Below are positions 56,293-64,000 of a stretch of 64,000 bases of DNA, piece after piece. Origin of the DNA: Candidatus Peribacteraceae bacterium (GTDB lineage Bacteria; Patescibacteriota; Gracilibacteria; Peribacterales; Peribacteraceae); contig JAQUKV010000004.1 in assembly GCA_028718905.1 (NCBI GenBank), forward strand, positions 19,523 to 83,522, in the 5' to 3' direction. A program made the position numbers and the translations under genes. The notes below the pieces were generated by a model. The model ran no database searches. It saw only the letters and a program-made list of their open reading frames with translations, and had not been told where the DNA came from. The first letter of the stretch is position 1. Every line of letters begins with the position of its first letter.

Positions 56293-56356
56293 TTAGGGAT
56301 TGGGGATTGGAATATTAGGGATTGGGGGGGGTAGGGTGTTGGGCGTAGGGCGTAGG
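56293..56356. repeat. G/T/A stutter repeat (GGGATTG / TAGGGCG units), single arm
   Basis: TTAGGGATTGGGGATTGG...GGGCGTAGGGCGTAGG fills the whole spacer between secD start and the upstream gene stop. Confidence 0.7.
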
Positions 56357-57013
56357 TTACGGAAGGGAGAAGGTGACGTGCGTTCCCACGTTCACATCGT
56401 CGGCGAAGATGCCGGCCATGTCGGGGACCGGGATACCCGCAATGATGATTTCACTTTTCGGCTCCGCCGTATCGACGGGCATTTTGGCCATCAGTCTGTC
56501 ACGGACGAAGAGACCCATGTTTCCGCCGATGTGTGCCTTGAAGACCTTTGCAAGCAGCGCACGGCCTTCGTCCGAGAATACCAGCCGCACGACCCCTTTG
56601 CCATCCTGATCGGCGTTTCCTTCCGCCCAGAGTATATGCTTCTGCGTGATGCCGGTGTCTGTGAACCAGCCTTGTTCCTCAATGAACAGATCTCCGGTTC
56701 CCGTGCTCGCAATCATGATCTTGAGCGAGTAGGGCGTGAGCAGTTCCTTCGTGAGCGCCGTGCGCGCCTCCTCATTGTTCACGTCAAATGAAAGCAGCAC
56801 CGCGCCGTTCTGTGCATTCTCCACCGTCATCTGTGCAGGGGCGGCATCATCGAACCGGGCCAGGCGCCGCTCGATCACCTTTTTGCTCTCCTCCAGGAGG
56901 ACGGTGCGGTCCACGGGATCCTGTACGTCGAACGTGAGAGAGAGGCGCACCGTCTTCGAGCCGCACCCGGCAAGGGCGAGCGTGAGCAGTGCAAGCGGAA
57001 AGAGGCGCTTCAT
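56357..57013 (-). CDS. lipoprotein resembling the SecD periplasmic (P1) domain
   Basis: LLTLALAGC lipobox; KKVIERRLARF and GGNMGLFVRDRLMAKMPVDTAEPKSEIIIAG parallel SecD VLERRINALG and GKRIAIFVGGDLVSAPRVQTEIAGGTAIITG. Confidence 0.5.
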   Translation of the reverse strand: MKRLFPLALLTLALAGCGSKTVRLSLTFDVQDPVDRTVLLEESKKVIERRLARFDDAAPAQMTVENAQNGAVLLSFDVNNEEARTALTKELLTPYSLKIMIASTGTGDLFIEEQGWFTDTGITQKHILWAEGNADQDGKGVVRLVFSDEGRALLAKVFKAHIGGNMGLFVRDRLMAKMPVDTAEPKSEIIIAGIPVPDMAGIFADDVNVGTHVTFSLP

Positions 57014-57063
57014 AGCAGGAGGAGTGTAGGGAAGTGCACTCGTACCCGCAAACACGTCCGGCC

Positions 57064-58020
57064 CTATTTTCTTTCGAGCGTTGTGCCTTCTCGCAGCATC
57101 TGCCGCGAGAGGTCAATGCCCTTCAGTGTGCAATGATCATCCAGGATGCAATCCGTCAGGACACAGTTCTCCACGGTGCAGTGTTCGAACAGAATGACAT
57201 TGCGAAGAACGGAATGGCGGATGACCGAGTGATTGCCCAGCACCACAGATCCCTCTGCCTCCGTTTCCGTGCATGCCGCCTTATGACCCAGCAGTACATG
57301 GTCGCCCACGAGCGAGCGTGTCGCTTCCAGATAGGATTCGAAGGACCCGATGTCGAACCACGGCTCCGTGAATGCACGGAATTCCACCGCGATAGAGCGG
57401 CGCAGGAACTCCTCGAAAATTCCGCCGACGTTATCGGGCTTCGACTGCGCATATTCCACGACAAGCGGAAGATGGGCAGCCGGCAGAATCGTCATCCCCG
57501 TGCTCACGAGTGAGCTGTTCGGCTGGGCGGGCTTTTCTTCGAATGCCGCGACATGCCGCCCGTCCGGCAGGGGAACGACGGTTCCGAATCCCTGTGCACG
57601 CCTGAGATCCCTGATGTCGTGAGCCGCGAGGAGCGGCGTTCCGGGCGTGTACTGCGTGAGGAACTGTGCCATCGGAAAGCCGAAATAATTATCGCCTGTG
57701 AGCAGAAGGATATCTTCGGTGATGTGATCGCGGGTGATCCACTGGGCGACGGCACCGAGCGCACCGAGCTTCTCGGTATCCTTGTGCGTCTGCTCCACCA
57801 GAATCCCGGCCCGGGAGTGATTGCCCTGTGCTTTCCACTGCGTAAAGCTCCGCTCGAATGCGGCGTTGATGCTCACCGTCACGGGCAGATCCGCGGGCAG
57901 TTGCTCCAGCAGGTGATCAATGAGCGGTTTGCCTGCGAGCGGAAGGAGCGGCTTGGCGCGCTTTTCCGTGAGCGGCCAGAGTCTGGTGGCAAAGCCGCCG
58001 GCTAAGATGAAGGCATACAC
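57064..58020 (-). CDS. sugar-phosphate nucleotidyltransferase with C-terminal left-handed beta-helix
   Basis: MYAFILAGGFATRLWPLTEKRAKPLLPLAGKPLIDH. Confidence 0.8.
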   Translation of the reverse strand: MYAFILAGGFATRLWPLTEKRAKPLLPLAGKPLIDHLLEQLPADLPVTVSINAAFERSFTQWKAQGNHSRAGILVEQTHKDTEKLGALGAVAQWITRDHITEDILLLTGDNYFGFPMAQFLTQYTPGTPLLAAHDIRDLRRAQGFGTVVPLPDGRHVAAFEEKPAQPNSSLVSTGMTILPAAHLPLVVEYAQSKPDNVGGIFEEFLRRSIAVEFRAFTEPWFDIGSFESYLEATRSLVGDHVLLGHKAACTETEAEGSVVLGNHSVIRHSVLRNVILFEHCTVENCVLTDCILDDHCTLKGIDLSRQMLREGTTLERK

Positions 58021-58048
58021 GGCGACAGCATACTGGAGTGGTTGAAAG

Positions 58049-58183
58049 TTAGGGAACTAGGGAACTTGGGAAATAGGGAAATAAGGAACTTGGGAAATAG
58101 GGAACGAGACATTTCTCATGTCATTCTCAGCATTCCCTCCCATTTCTCTCCTTCCCGAGTCCCCGATTTCCCTCGTTCCCTAT
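58049..58183. repeat. 7-9-nt stutter repeat, long inverted arm pair (GGGAACT/GGGAAAT units)
   Basis: arm 58049-58108 purine-rich, arm 58131-58183 complementary pyrimidine-rich; abuts stop codon at 58186. Confidence 0.75.
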
Positions 58184-58185
58184 GC

Positions 58186-58998
58186 TCATCGGAAGAACCA
58201 CTTTCCCCGCATTTCGGGTCCTACCACCGTCACAGCATGCCCCTCCAGCGATTCCACTTGCTCATCCCGCTCCACGATGCCGAGCACGGACGGCAGGAGC
58301 ATGTACGTGATACCGCGCCGCCGGCACGCGCTGAGCAGATTCAGGCTCTGCTCCAGATTGCTGCACTGGATCATGTGTGTGATGCGGTGGTGCACCAGCA
58401 CATCCTCCAGTCGGTCGAGTTTGCCCAGCACCGGCACACCGTCGACCTCCGCCTCTTTCGCTCCCTGCCCGTCTAAGATGGCGACCGGTGTGAGCGGGTT
58501 CAGATGCTGGTTCAATTGCGCGATGAGTGCTTTCGACTCGCGCGTGAGGCCCACGATGAGCGTGGGAAAGCTGGGCGGGGACCGGCGCAGGATCATCCGC
58601 CGCAGCACGTCGAAGACGAGATGCCACAGCCAGACACCGCCTGCCGTGAGGAAGAATGCCTCGAGCAGCAGCAGTCTGCTTACACCCTGAAACGATGTCT
58701 TGAAGCGGAAGTAGAAGGCGAGCGTGAACAGGGCCGTTCCCACCAGTGCGGCGTACGCGATGTACGCGGCGTTACGCACGGTGCGCTGGTTTCTGGTGAG
58801 GGCGAACGTGCGCGTGGTCAGAAGCACGAGCAGCCATGCCGGCGCGACGAGAAGTGCGGTCGTGAGGAAGGGGAGGAACGGAAAGTTGGTCGAAAGCACG
58901 AAGCCGACGCGGATGAAGTACGCGACGCAGAAGAGACCTGCGAAGAGCAGGATGTCCGTGCAGAGCCAGAGGAGGAGAAGAAGACGGGGGCGGGACAT
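58186..58998 (-). CDS. N-terminal (TM + CoA-binding-like) part of a polyprenyl glycosylphosphotransferase; catalytic domain absent
   Basis: 4-5 TM then IVGLTRESKALIAQL...VPVLGKLDRLEDVLVHHRITHMI; ORF stops where the sugar-transferase domain normally begins. Confidence 0.5.
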   Translation of the reverse strand: MSRPRLLLLLWLCTDILLFAGLFCVAYFIRVGFVLSTNFPFLPFLTTALLVAPAWLLVLLTTRTFALTRNQRTVRNAAYIAYAALVGTALFTLAFYFRFKTSFQGVSRLLLLEAFFLTAGGVWLWHLVFDVLRRMILRRSPPSFPTLIVGLTRESKALIAQLNQHLNPLTPVAILDGQGAKEAEVDGVPVLGKLDRLEDVLVHHRITHMIQCSNLEQSLNLLSACRRRGITYMLLPSVLGIVERDEQVESLEGHAVTVVGPEMRGKWFFR

Positions 58999-59005
58999 GG
59001 GTGAG

Positions 59006-59073
59006 GCTTAAGACTTAAGACAAAAGCTATAAGACATAAGCTTACAGTTTACAGTTTACAGTTTACAGCTTCG
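59006..59073. repeat. heptamer stutter repeat, inverted arm pair (CTTAAGA / TTTACAG units)
   Basis: CTTAAGA CTTAAGA CAAAAGC TATAAGA CATAAGC then TTACAGT x3. Confidence 0.75.
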
Positions 59074-59082
59074 TCTTTCATC

Positions 59083-60006
59083 TCACTGGTTCGCAACAAC
59101 CTGTCTTTTCCATTCATAGGCCAGCTTCGTCGCATCCCACGGGACCGTGCCGTCCCATGCGGTACCCAGCGTGCCCTGCGCAACGGGAGCGACGGGCAGG
59201 AACGTCTGCAGCCATTTCAATTTTGTGGCGAGCGCGGCGTCGGTCCGGGCCCGCTGCCGGAAAGTGTCGTTATGAAGAATGTAATAGATGGCGCTCTCCG
59301 CAAGATCCTCGAACGGATCGCTGGCTGCATATCCGCTCACGAAATCCTCCGCCGTTGTCCCTCCGCGCTGGTGCGTGCTGTCCGCCCACGAAATCCGGTA
59401 AAACGAGAGGCTGGCGTCATCGCGGAAGATCGGTTCGTTCCCGTCCTTGAAGATGCTGTTGCCCGCAAGAGGGGAACCGGTCAGGCAGCCCAAGTCGAAA
59501 ACATGCCCCAGTGCCTCGTGGATCAAGACCGCGCGGAATTCATCGTCGGGCAGCGTGCCGTCAAGAATGATCGTGTCCTTGCCCGCGAGTCCACGTCGGT
59601 CCGGCTTGTCGTAGCGGACGTAGAAATTTCTGATCCGGCTCGTGCACCGGTCGGGCAGCAGACGCAACACCTCGTCGGCGATGATCTTGTGACGTTCCTG
59701 GATATCGGGCTGGTCCACGACGGACAAAAAACTTCGTTTGGGTTTCGCGGGAGGCATCGTATTTTCGACGGCAGGTGCGCTCACCGGTACGGGAACCCAA
59801 GTACGTTGCTTCGACAGAATGCGCGTGCCGCTCCGCGCTTCATGCTCGGGCGAAAGGGGAAGCAGCGAGACCGTCGGCATGGCTTGCGAAAGCGCCTGCG
59901 CGCTTGCGGAGGAGGTTTCTTGTGCTATGCTGACCGTCGTTCCGGTGGACCCGGATACGCTGACCGCAAGGGTGACGCCGATCATGAGGAAGGCTCTTCC
60001 TTGCAC
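59083..60006 (-). CDS. secreted hypothetical protein with HExxH motif
   Basis: N-terminal signal-like segment; VLIHEALGHVFD. Confidence 0.5.
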   Translation of the reverse strand: MQGRAFLMIGVTLAVSVSGSTGTTVSIAQETSSASAQALSQAMPTVSLLPLSPEHEARSGTRILSKQRTWVPVPVSAPAVENTMPPAKPKRSFLSVVDQPDIQERHKIIADEVLRLLPDRCTSRIRNFYVRYDKPDRRGLAGKDTIILDGTLPDDEFRAVLIHEALGHVFDLGCLTGSPLAGNSIFKDGNEPIFRDDASLSFYRISWADSTHQRGGTTAEDFVSGYAASDPFEDLAESAIYYILHNDTFRQRARTDAALATKLKWLQTFLPVAPVAQGTLGTAWDGTVPWDATKLAYEWKRQVVANQ

Positions 60007-60048
60007 GTGAAGGCAAAAAGGTGTTATTTATACTACTTTTTCGGAGTG

Positions 60049-61578
60049 ATGTCAACATCTCATGAACCAGAGGACACAGGGCTTTTGCCCAAGGGCGGCT
60101 CATCGGACGGTCATTCTCCTATTGGAGGATCCGCCGTACAGGCGGCGAATGCGCGGGCCGGTCAGCGGCACACCGTCCTGATCGAAAAACTCACGCACGG
60201 CGGCGCAGGACTGGCGCATGTCGACACGCTCCCCGTATTCGTGGCCGGTGCTCTGCCGGGTCAGAAGGCGGAGATCATGATCACGAAGAACCGTGGCAAT
60301 TTCGCCGAGGCAAAAGTGGAGAAAATCCTCAAGCGGTCGAAGGATGAAGTGATGCCCAAGTGCCGGCACTGTCATGCGTGCGGAGGATGCGTGTGGCAGC
60401 AGCTCTCGTACATCAAGCAAATCGAATATAAAGAGGAGATCGTGCGCGAGACACTGTCTCACCTCACGCCCGCCGATCCCGCGGTCCGCGCATCGCTCGC
60501 AGGACGCGTGCTGAAGATCATCCCGAGTCCGCAGATATTCCACTACCGCAATAAACTGGAGCTCTCGTTCGGATTCGAATCCATGCGCAGCGAAGAGAAG
60601 AACGGACGCAAGCAGTACATCGACGAAAACCCGTCCATCGGGTTCCATCTGCCCGGCCAGTGGTCCACGATTCTGCCGATTGACGAATGCCACTTGTACG
60701 ACGAGCAGTTGCCGAGCCTGATCACCGATGTGCAGCGGTTCATGCGCGAAACGCGGCTGCCGGTCTTTAACCCCAAAACGCACCGCGGAATGCTGCGGAT
60801 CCTGCTGCTGCGCCGGGGAATCAATACGGGCGAGCAGATGATCGCGTTCCTCGTGAACGCACGCAAAAAGGAACTGGAGCCGCTCTTTCAATATTTCATG
60901 CGGTTCGGCGGACGTTCCGGTCTCGCCTCTCTGCTCGTGGTCGAACATCTGGGCCTCAATGACAAGCCCGAGAGTCCCAAAGTGCATGTGCTGACGGGCA
61001 AGCCCACCATCACCGAAAAGCTCTTCGATCTCTCGTTCGAGATTTCCCCCTTCTCCTTCTTTCAGACCAACACGCTCGGCGCCGAAAAACTCTATCAGGC
61101 CGTGGCCGCGGCGGCGGACTTAAGTCCCCGCGACACGGTGCTGGATGCGTACTGTGGCATGGGAACGATCGGGCAGTATCTCTCGCGGTTCTGCGAGAAG
61201 GTGGTGGGGATCGAGAGTCATCCCTCGGCCATCGAAGACGCGCTCAAGAGCGCCGGCAAAAACCGCATCGGCAACATCAGCTTCTACCGAGGGCGTACGG
61301 AACAGGTTCTGAATGATCAACTCAAGCCCGGATCCAAATACAAGTTCAATACGATCATCGTCGATCCTCCCCGCGCGGGACTGCACCCCGACGCGCGCGA
61401 GGCCGTTGCGGCACACAAGCCCGACAAGATCGTGTACGTTTCGTGCAACATGGCGACGTTCGCGCGGGACCTGGGCGAATTCCTCAAGAGCGGCTACGAG
61501 CTTCGGACCGTGCAGCCGGTGGATTTATTCCCCCACACCGCTCATATAGAAGCAGTTTCGCTTCTTCAGAGAAAGTGA
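60049..61578 (+). CDS. RumA/TrmA-family RNA (uracil-5-)-methyltransferase with TRAM domain and Fe-S cysteines
   Basis: CRHCHACGGCVWQQLSY, FFQTN, DAYCGMGTIG, VDPPRAGL, YVSCN; ATG 60049. Confidence 0.8.
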   Translation: MSTSHEPEDTGLLPKGGSSDGHSPIGGSAVQAANARAGQRHTVLIEKLTHGGAGLAHVDTLPVFVAGALPGQKAEIMITKNRGNFAEAKVEKILKRSKDEVMPKCRHCHACGGCVWQQLSYIKQIEYKEEIVRETLSHLTPADPAVRASLAGRVLKIIPSPQIFHYRNKLELSFGFESMRSEEKNGRKQYIDENPSIGFHLPGQWSTILPIDECHLYDEQLPSLITDVQRFMRETRLPVFNPKTHRGMLRILLLRRGINTGEQMIAFLVNARKKELEPLFQYFMRFGGRSGLASLLVVEHLGLNDKPESPKVHVLTGKPTITEKLFDLSFEISPFSFFQTNTLGAEKLYQAVAAAADLSPRDTVLDAYCGMGTIGQYLSRFCEKVVGIESHPSAIEDALKSAGKNRIGNISFYRGRTEQVLNDQLKPGSKYKFNTIIVDPPRAGLHPDAREAVAAHKPDKIVYVSCNMATFARDLGEFLKSGYELRTVQPVDLFPHTAHIEAVSLLQRK

Positions 61579-61663
61579 GGCGTTTACCCCGCATCCGAGC
61601 CCCGCGACGGGGCGAGTGGTGCCGGGGCATATCGAAGCGGTGAGCTTGCTGCAGAGGAAGTAG

Positions 61664-61898
61664 GTTTCCACCTTTGTCGCGACAAAGGTGGAGCCAAAAC
61701 GCTGGCGCGCCAACGCCCCTCCGCCCGGCCCTGCGCCTCCTCGTCGGATCCTCCACGGCTTCGGATCCGCCTCGTCGGCCCCACTTATTCCGCGGAATAA
61801 GCGGTAGCAGGGCCTGCCCCTTCACCCCCCGTGCCGCCCCCCATCCCGTATGTTGTTTTGTTTGTTTCTGTTCGGTTGGTATTTGCTGTTTCTTTTCG
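61664..61898 (+). repeat. structured intergenic repeat family, copy R5
   Basis: Palindrome TCCACCTTTGTCGCGACAAAGGTGGA 61667-61692, GGCGCGCCAACG, GGATCC-11nt-GGATCC, CTTATTCCGCGGAATAAG, CCCCTTCACCCCCC, T/G tail. Confidence 0.75.
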
Positions 61899-61993
61899 CG
61901 TGTTAAGCAAACGGTAGCTCTGCCGTAGGTGACCATAACGAAGAGCCCCACGGAACGTGAGGCTCTTCTCTCTGGCATTGGTTGGCATGAGGC

Positions 61994-62998
61994 CTACTGT
62001 TTGGCCTTGTCGAAGGCGGCGTCGAACGCCACGCCGCTGGGCGCGAAGTCGACCTGCCGCACGAACTCGCAGGCTTCCTTGGCGCCGTGCTCGCGGTCCA
62101 TGCCGCTGTCTTCCCACTCGACTGAGAGCGGACCCGTGTAGCCGGCATCATTCAGAGCACGGATGATCCCGTCGAAGTCCACATCCCCGTGGCCGAGCGA
62201 GGCGAAGTTCCACGGACGGGCCGGGATACCGAACCGGATGTGGTTATCGAGCACGCTGGTCCATCCGTTCGGCTTCACGCGGACGTCCTTCATGTGGACG
62301 TGAAAGATGCGATCGCTGAAAGCCCGGATGAAAATCACCGGATCGACTCCCTGCCACTTGAGGTGGCTCGGGTCGAAGTTGAACCCGAAGGCGTCGTGGT
62401 GATCCAGAGCATCCAGCGCCCACTCCGAGGTCGGCCCGTCATAGGCGATCTCCGTGGGATGCACCTCCAGGGCGAACCGCACGTCGTTGTCACCGAACGC
62501 ATCGAGGATCGGCATCCAGACCTCGTGCAGGAGGTCGAAGCCCGCCCCCACCATCATCGGCGGCACCGGCGGGAACGAGTACAAGAGGTGCCAGATGCTC
62601 GATCCCGTGAATCCGTTGACGACCTTGACCCCGAGACGCTTGGCGGCGACAGCGGCATCCTTCATGTGCTGTACCGCGCGCTCGCGCACGCCGGCGGGGT
62701 TGCCGTCGCCACAGATGGCCTTGGGCAGGATCGATTTGTGCCGGGCATCGATGACGTCGAGCGTGGCCTGACCGACCAGGTGATTGCTGATCGCCCAGAC
62801 GCCCAAGCCTTTCTGTTGGAGTACCCCCCGTTGGCGATCGCAATAGTCCAAGTCCGCGATTGCGCGTTCGACCTCGAAGTGGTCTCCCCAGCAAGCCAAT
62901 TCGAGTCCATCATAACCCCACGCCTTGGCTTTCTCGGCGAGGGTCGCCAGGGGAAGATCTGCCCACTGGCCCGTGAACAACGTGACAGGTCTACTCAT
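61994..62998 (-). CDS. sugar phosphate isomerase/epimerase (xylose-isomerase-like TIM barrel)
   Basis: [20 protein letters not shown]; ATG 62998. Confidence 0.7.
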   Translation of the reverse strand: MSRPVTLFTGQWADLPLATLAEKAKAWGYDGLELACWGDHFEVERAIADLDYCDRQRGVLQQKGLGVWAISNHLVGQATLDVIDARHKSILPKAICGDGNPAGVRERAVQHMKDAAVAAKRLGVKVVNGFTGSSIWHLLYSFPPVPPMMVGAGFDLLHEVWMPILDAFGDNDVRFALEVHPTEIAYDGPTSEWALDALDHHDAFGFNFDPSHLKWQGVDPVIFIRAFSDRIFHVHMKDVRVKPNGWTSVLDNHIRFGIPARPWNFASLGHGDVDFDGIIRALNDAGYTGPLSVEWEDSGMDREHGAKEACEFVRQVDFAPSGVAFDAAFDKAKQ

Positions 62999-63300
62999 GG
63001 TACACACTCCTAAAACATGCATGTTGCCTTCGCTCAGGAGAGGAATGTCGACCGCAGCGCGGCCGCAAATCCACCATTCGCTTCCTGACGATGGCAGCCT
63101 GTTCTCGGTCGGGAACACGATGCCACCGTCAGTTATTTCTCATGCCAATAGTGCCAAAGAGCAGCCAACTTCGGAAAACGAAGCTGGATCGGTATTGTGA
63201 GGTTTTCTTGACGTGCGTCAATGCTCTTCGTTTGAGAAAACCCGGCACCTCCTTGCGGGGGGCACCGGGTAGATTCGTCTTTGACGATGGTTGCGATTGC

Positions 63301-64000
63301 TTACGCCAGCACTTCGGCCAGCTCGACTCTCGCGCCGTTATGCTCCGCGCTCTTCACGTGAGCGTGGACATAGGCGGTGGCCTGGATGCCGGCACCCTCG
63401 AAGGTCGGCGGCTCGATCTGCATGCAGAGCGGCAAGTCCGTCGGCACGCGCGGCAAATGGAGATCACGGTAGATCGCGCCTGCGATCCCGAGGAACAGGA
63501 AATACCAAAGGGTGTCCCATCCCTGAATGTGGCCCGGCGGGTTCTTGCCGTATTGCTGAGCCAATTGCCCGACCAGCGCTTCATCCCCCAGTTCCTTGGC
63601 AAAGAAGTCGCTGTGTCCCCGCAAATGAGGAGTGAACGCGGCGCGGCTTTCGACTGTGAGCGCCGAGTGTCCAACGAAGAGGGCGTCGGGATTCCATTCC
63701 ATGCGCCACATGAGCCTGCGGCCGTCCTTCAAGTTCACGCAGACGTAGATGTCGTCGGCGTGACCGGCGCTGGACTGGCTGCAGAGTGCATTCCCCTGGA
63801 GGCCGTTGCCGAACAGCACATTCCCGGCTCCCGTGTCGAAGAATTGCTTCTTCTGCGCGAACTCTCCTGTCATGCCGACTGTAGCATGTTCGACGCCGGT
63901 GATGGGCGATCCGGCCACCCAGCTTGCCAGATCCACGGCGTGGCTGAGGATATCCAAGAGCGCACAGAGTTTGTGAGCCGTGCGCCAGTTCGCCTGTCGG
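63301..64000 (-). CDS. Gfo/Idh/MocA-family oxidoreductase, C-terminal part (5' end beyond window)
   Basis: ORF open to window edge; dimerisation-domain-like sequence next to a TIM-barrel isomerase, a common pairing. Confidence 0.5.
   Translation of the reverse strand, partial: RQANWRTAHKLCALLDILSHAVDLASWVAGSPITGVEHATVGMTGEFAQKKQFFDTGAGNVLFGNGLQGNALCSQSSAGHADDIYVCVNLKDGRRLMWRMEWNPDALFVGHSALTVESRAAFTPHLRGHSDFFAKELGDEALVGQLAQQYGKNPPGHIQGWDTLWYFLFLGIAGAIYRDLHLPRVPTDLPLCMQIEPPTFEGAGIQATAYVHAHVKSAEHNGARVELAEVLA

Noticed and set aside
56293-56356. GGGATT / TTAGGG-like tracts as telomeric repeats
   Set aside because: They are internal, short and imperfect, embedded between ordinary bacterial genes, and part of a broader family with many unrelated heptamer units.
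58049-58183. Short repeats as a CRISPR array
   Set aside because: Units are 7-9 nt and directly tandem with no spacers of 25-40 nt. No cas genes are present. The same holds for all other stutter tracts.

Overview
This is a high-GC (~60%), densely coded bacterial chromosome segment. It carries mostly housekeeping genes: rpmB, prfB, infC-rpmI-rplT, korAB, trmD, gpmI, guaA, efp, gatB, def, nth, thyA-folA, otsAB and secD. It also carries several cell-envelope glycosyltransferase genes, two ECF-type sigma factors and one tRNA locus. I found no rRNA, CRISPR array, integrase or transposase. Long ORFs antisense to the real genes are GC-driven shadows.

The unusual content is mostly non-coding or structural:
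1. A complete tRNA-Ser(CGA) gene sits inside the anticodon arm of a second, otherwise perfect type-II tRNA scaffold, enclosed by a 13-bp perfect helix (5015-5224).
2. A five-copy, same-strand repeat of ~140-250 nt has three hairpins and a long-range closing helix. These keep their structure while their sequence changes (compensatory changes), and most copies end in a T/G-rich tail (4266, 18167, 27049, 44578, 61664).
3. Short tandem 'stutter' repeats with a ~7-nt period fill most intergenic spacers, usually as inverted arm pairs. They also extend in-frame into conserved genes (trmD, a wecB-like gene, an O-antigen-ligase-like gene).
4. Gene-edge relics are present: two decoy korA 5' stubs and a synonymously recoded duplicate of a methyltransferase 3' end.
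5. secD carries an inserted parvulin PPIase domain and lies next to a lipoprotein paralog of its own periplasmic domain.
6. A probable degraded island next to the tRNA locus (5.2-11.5 kb) contains two homopolymer frameshifts.

All functional calls come from reading motifs by eye. No database search was run.
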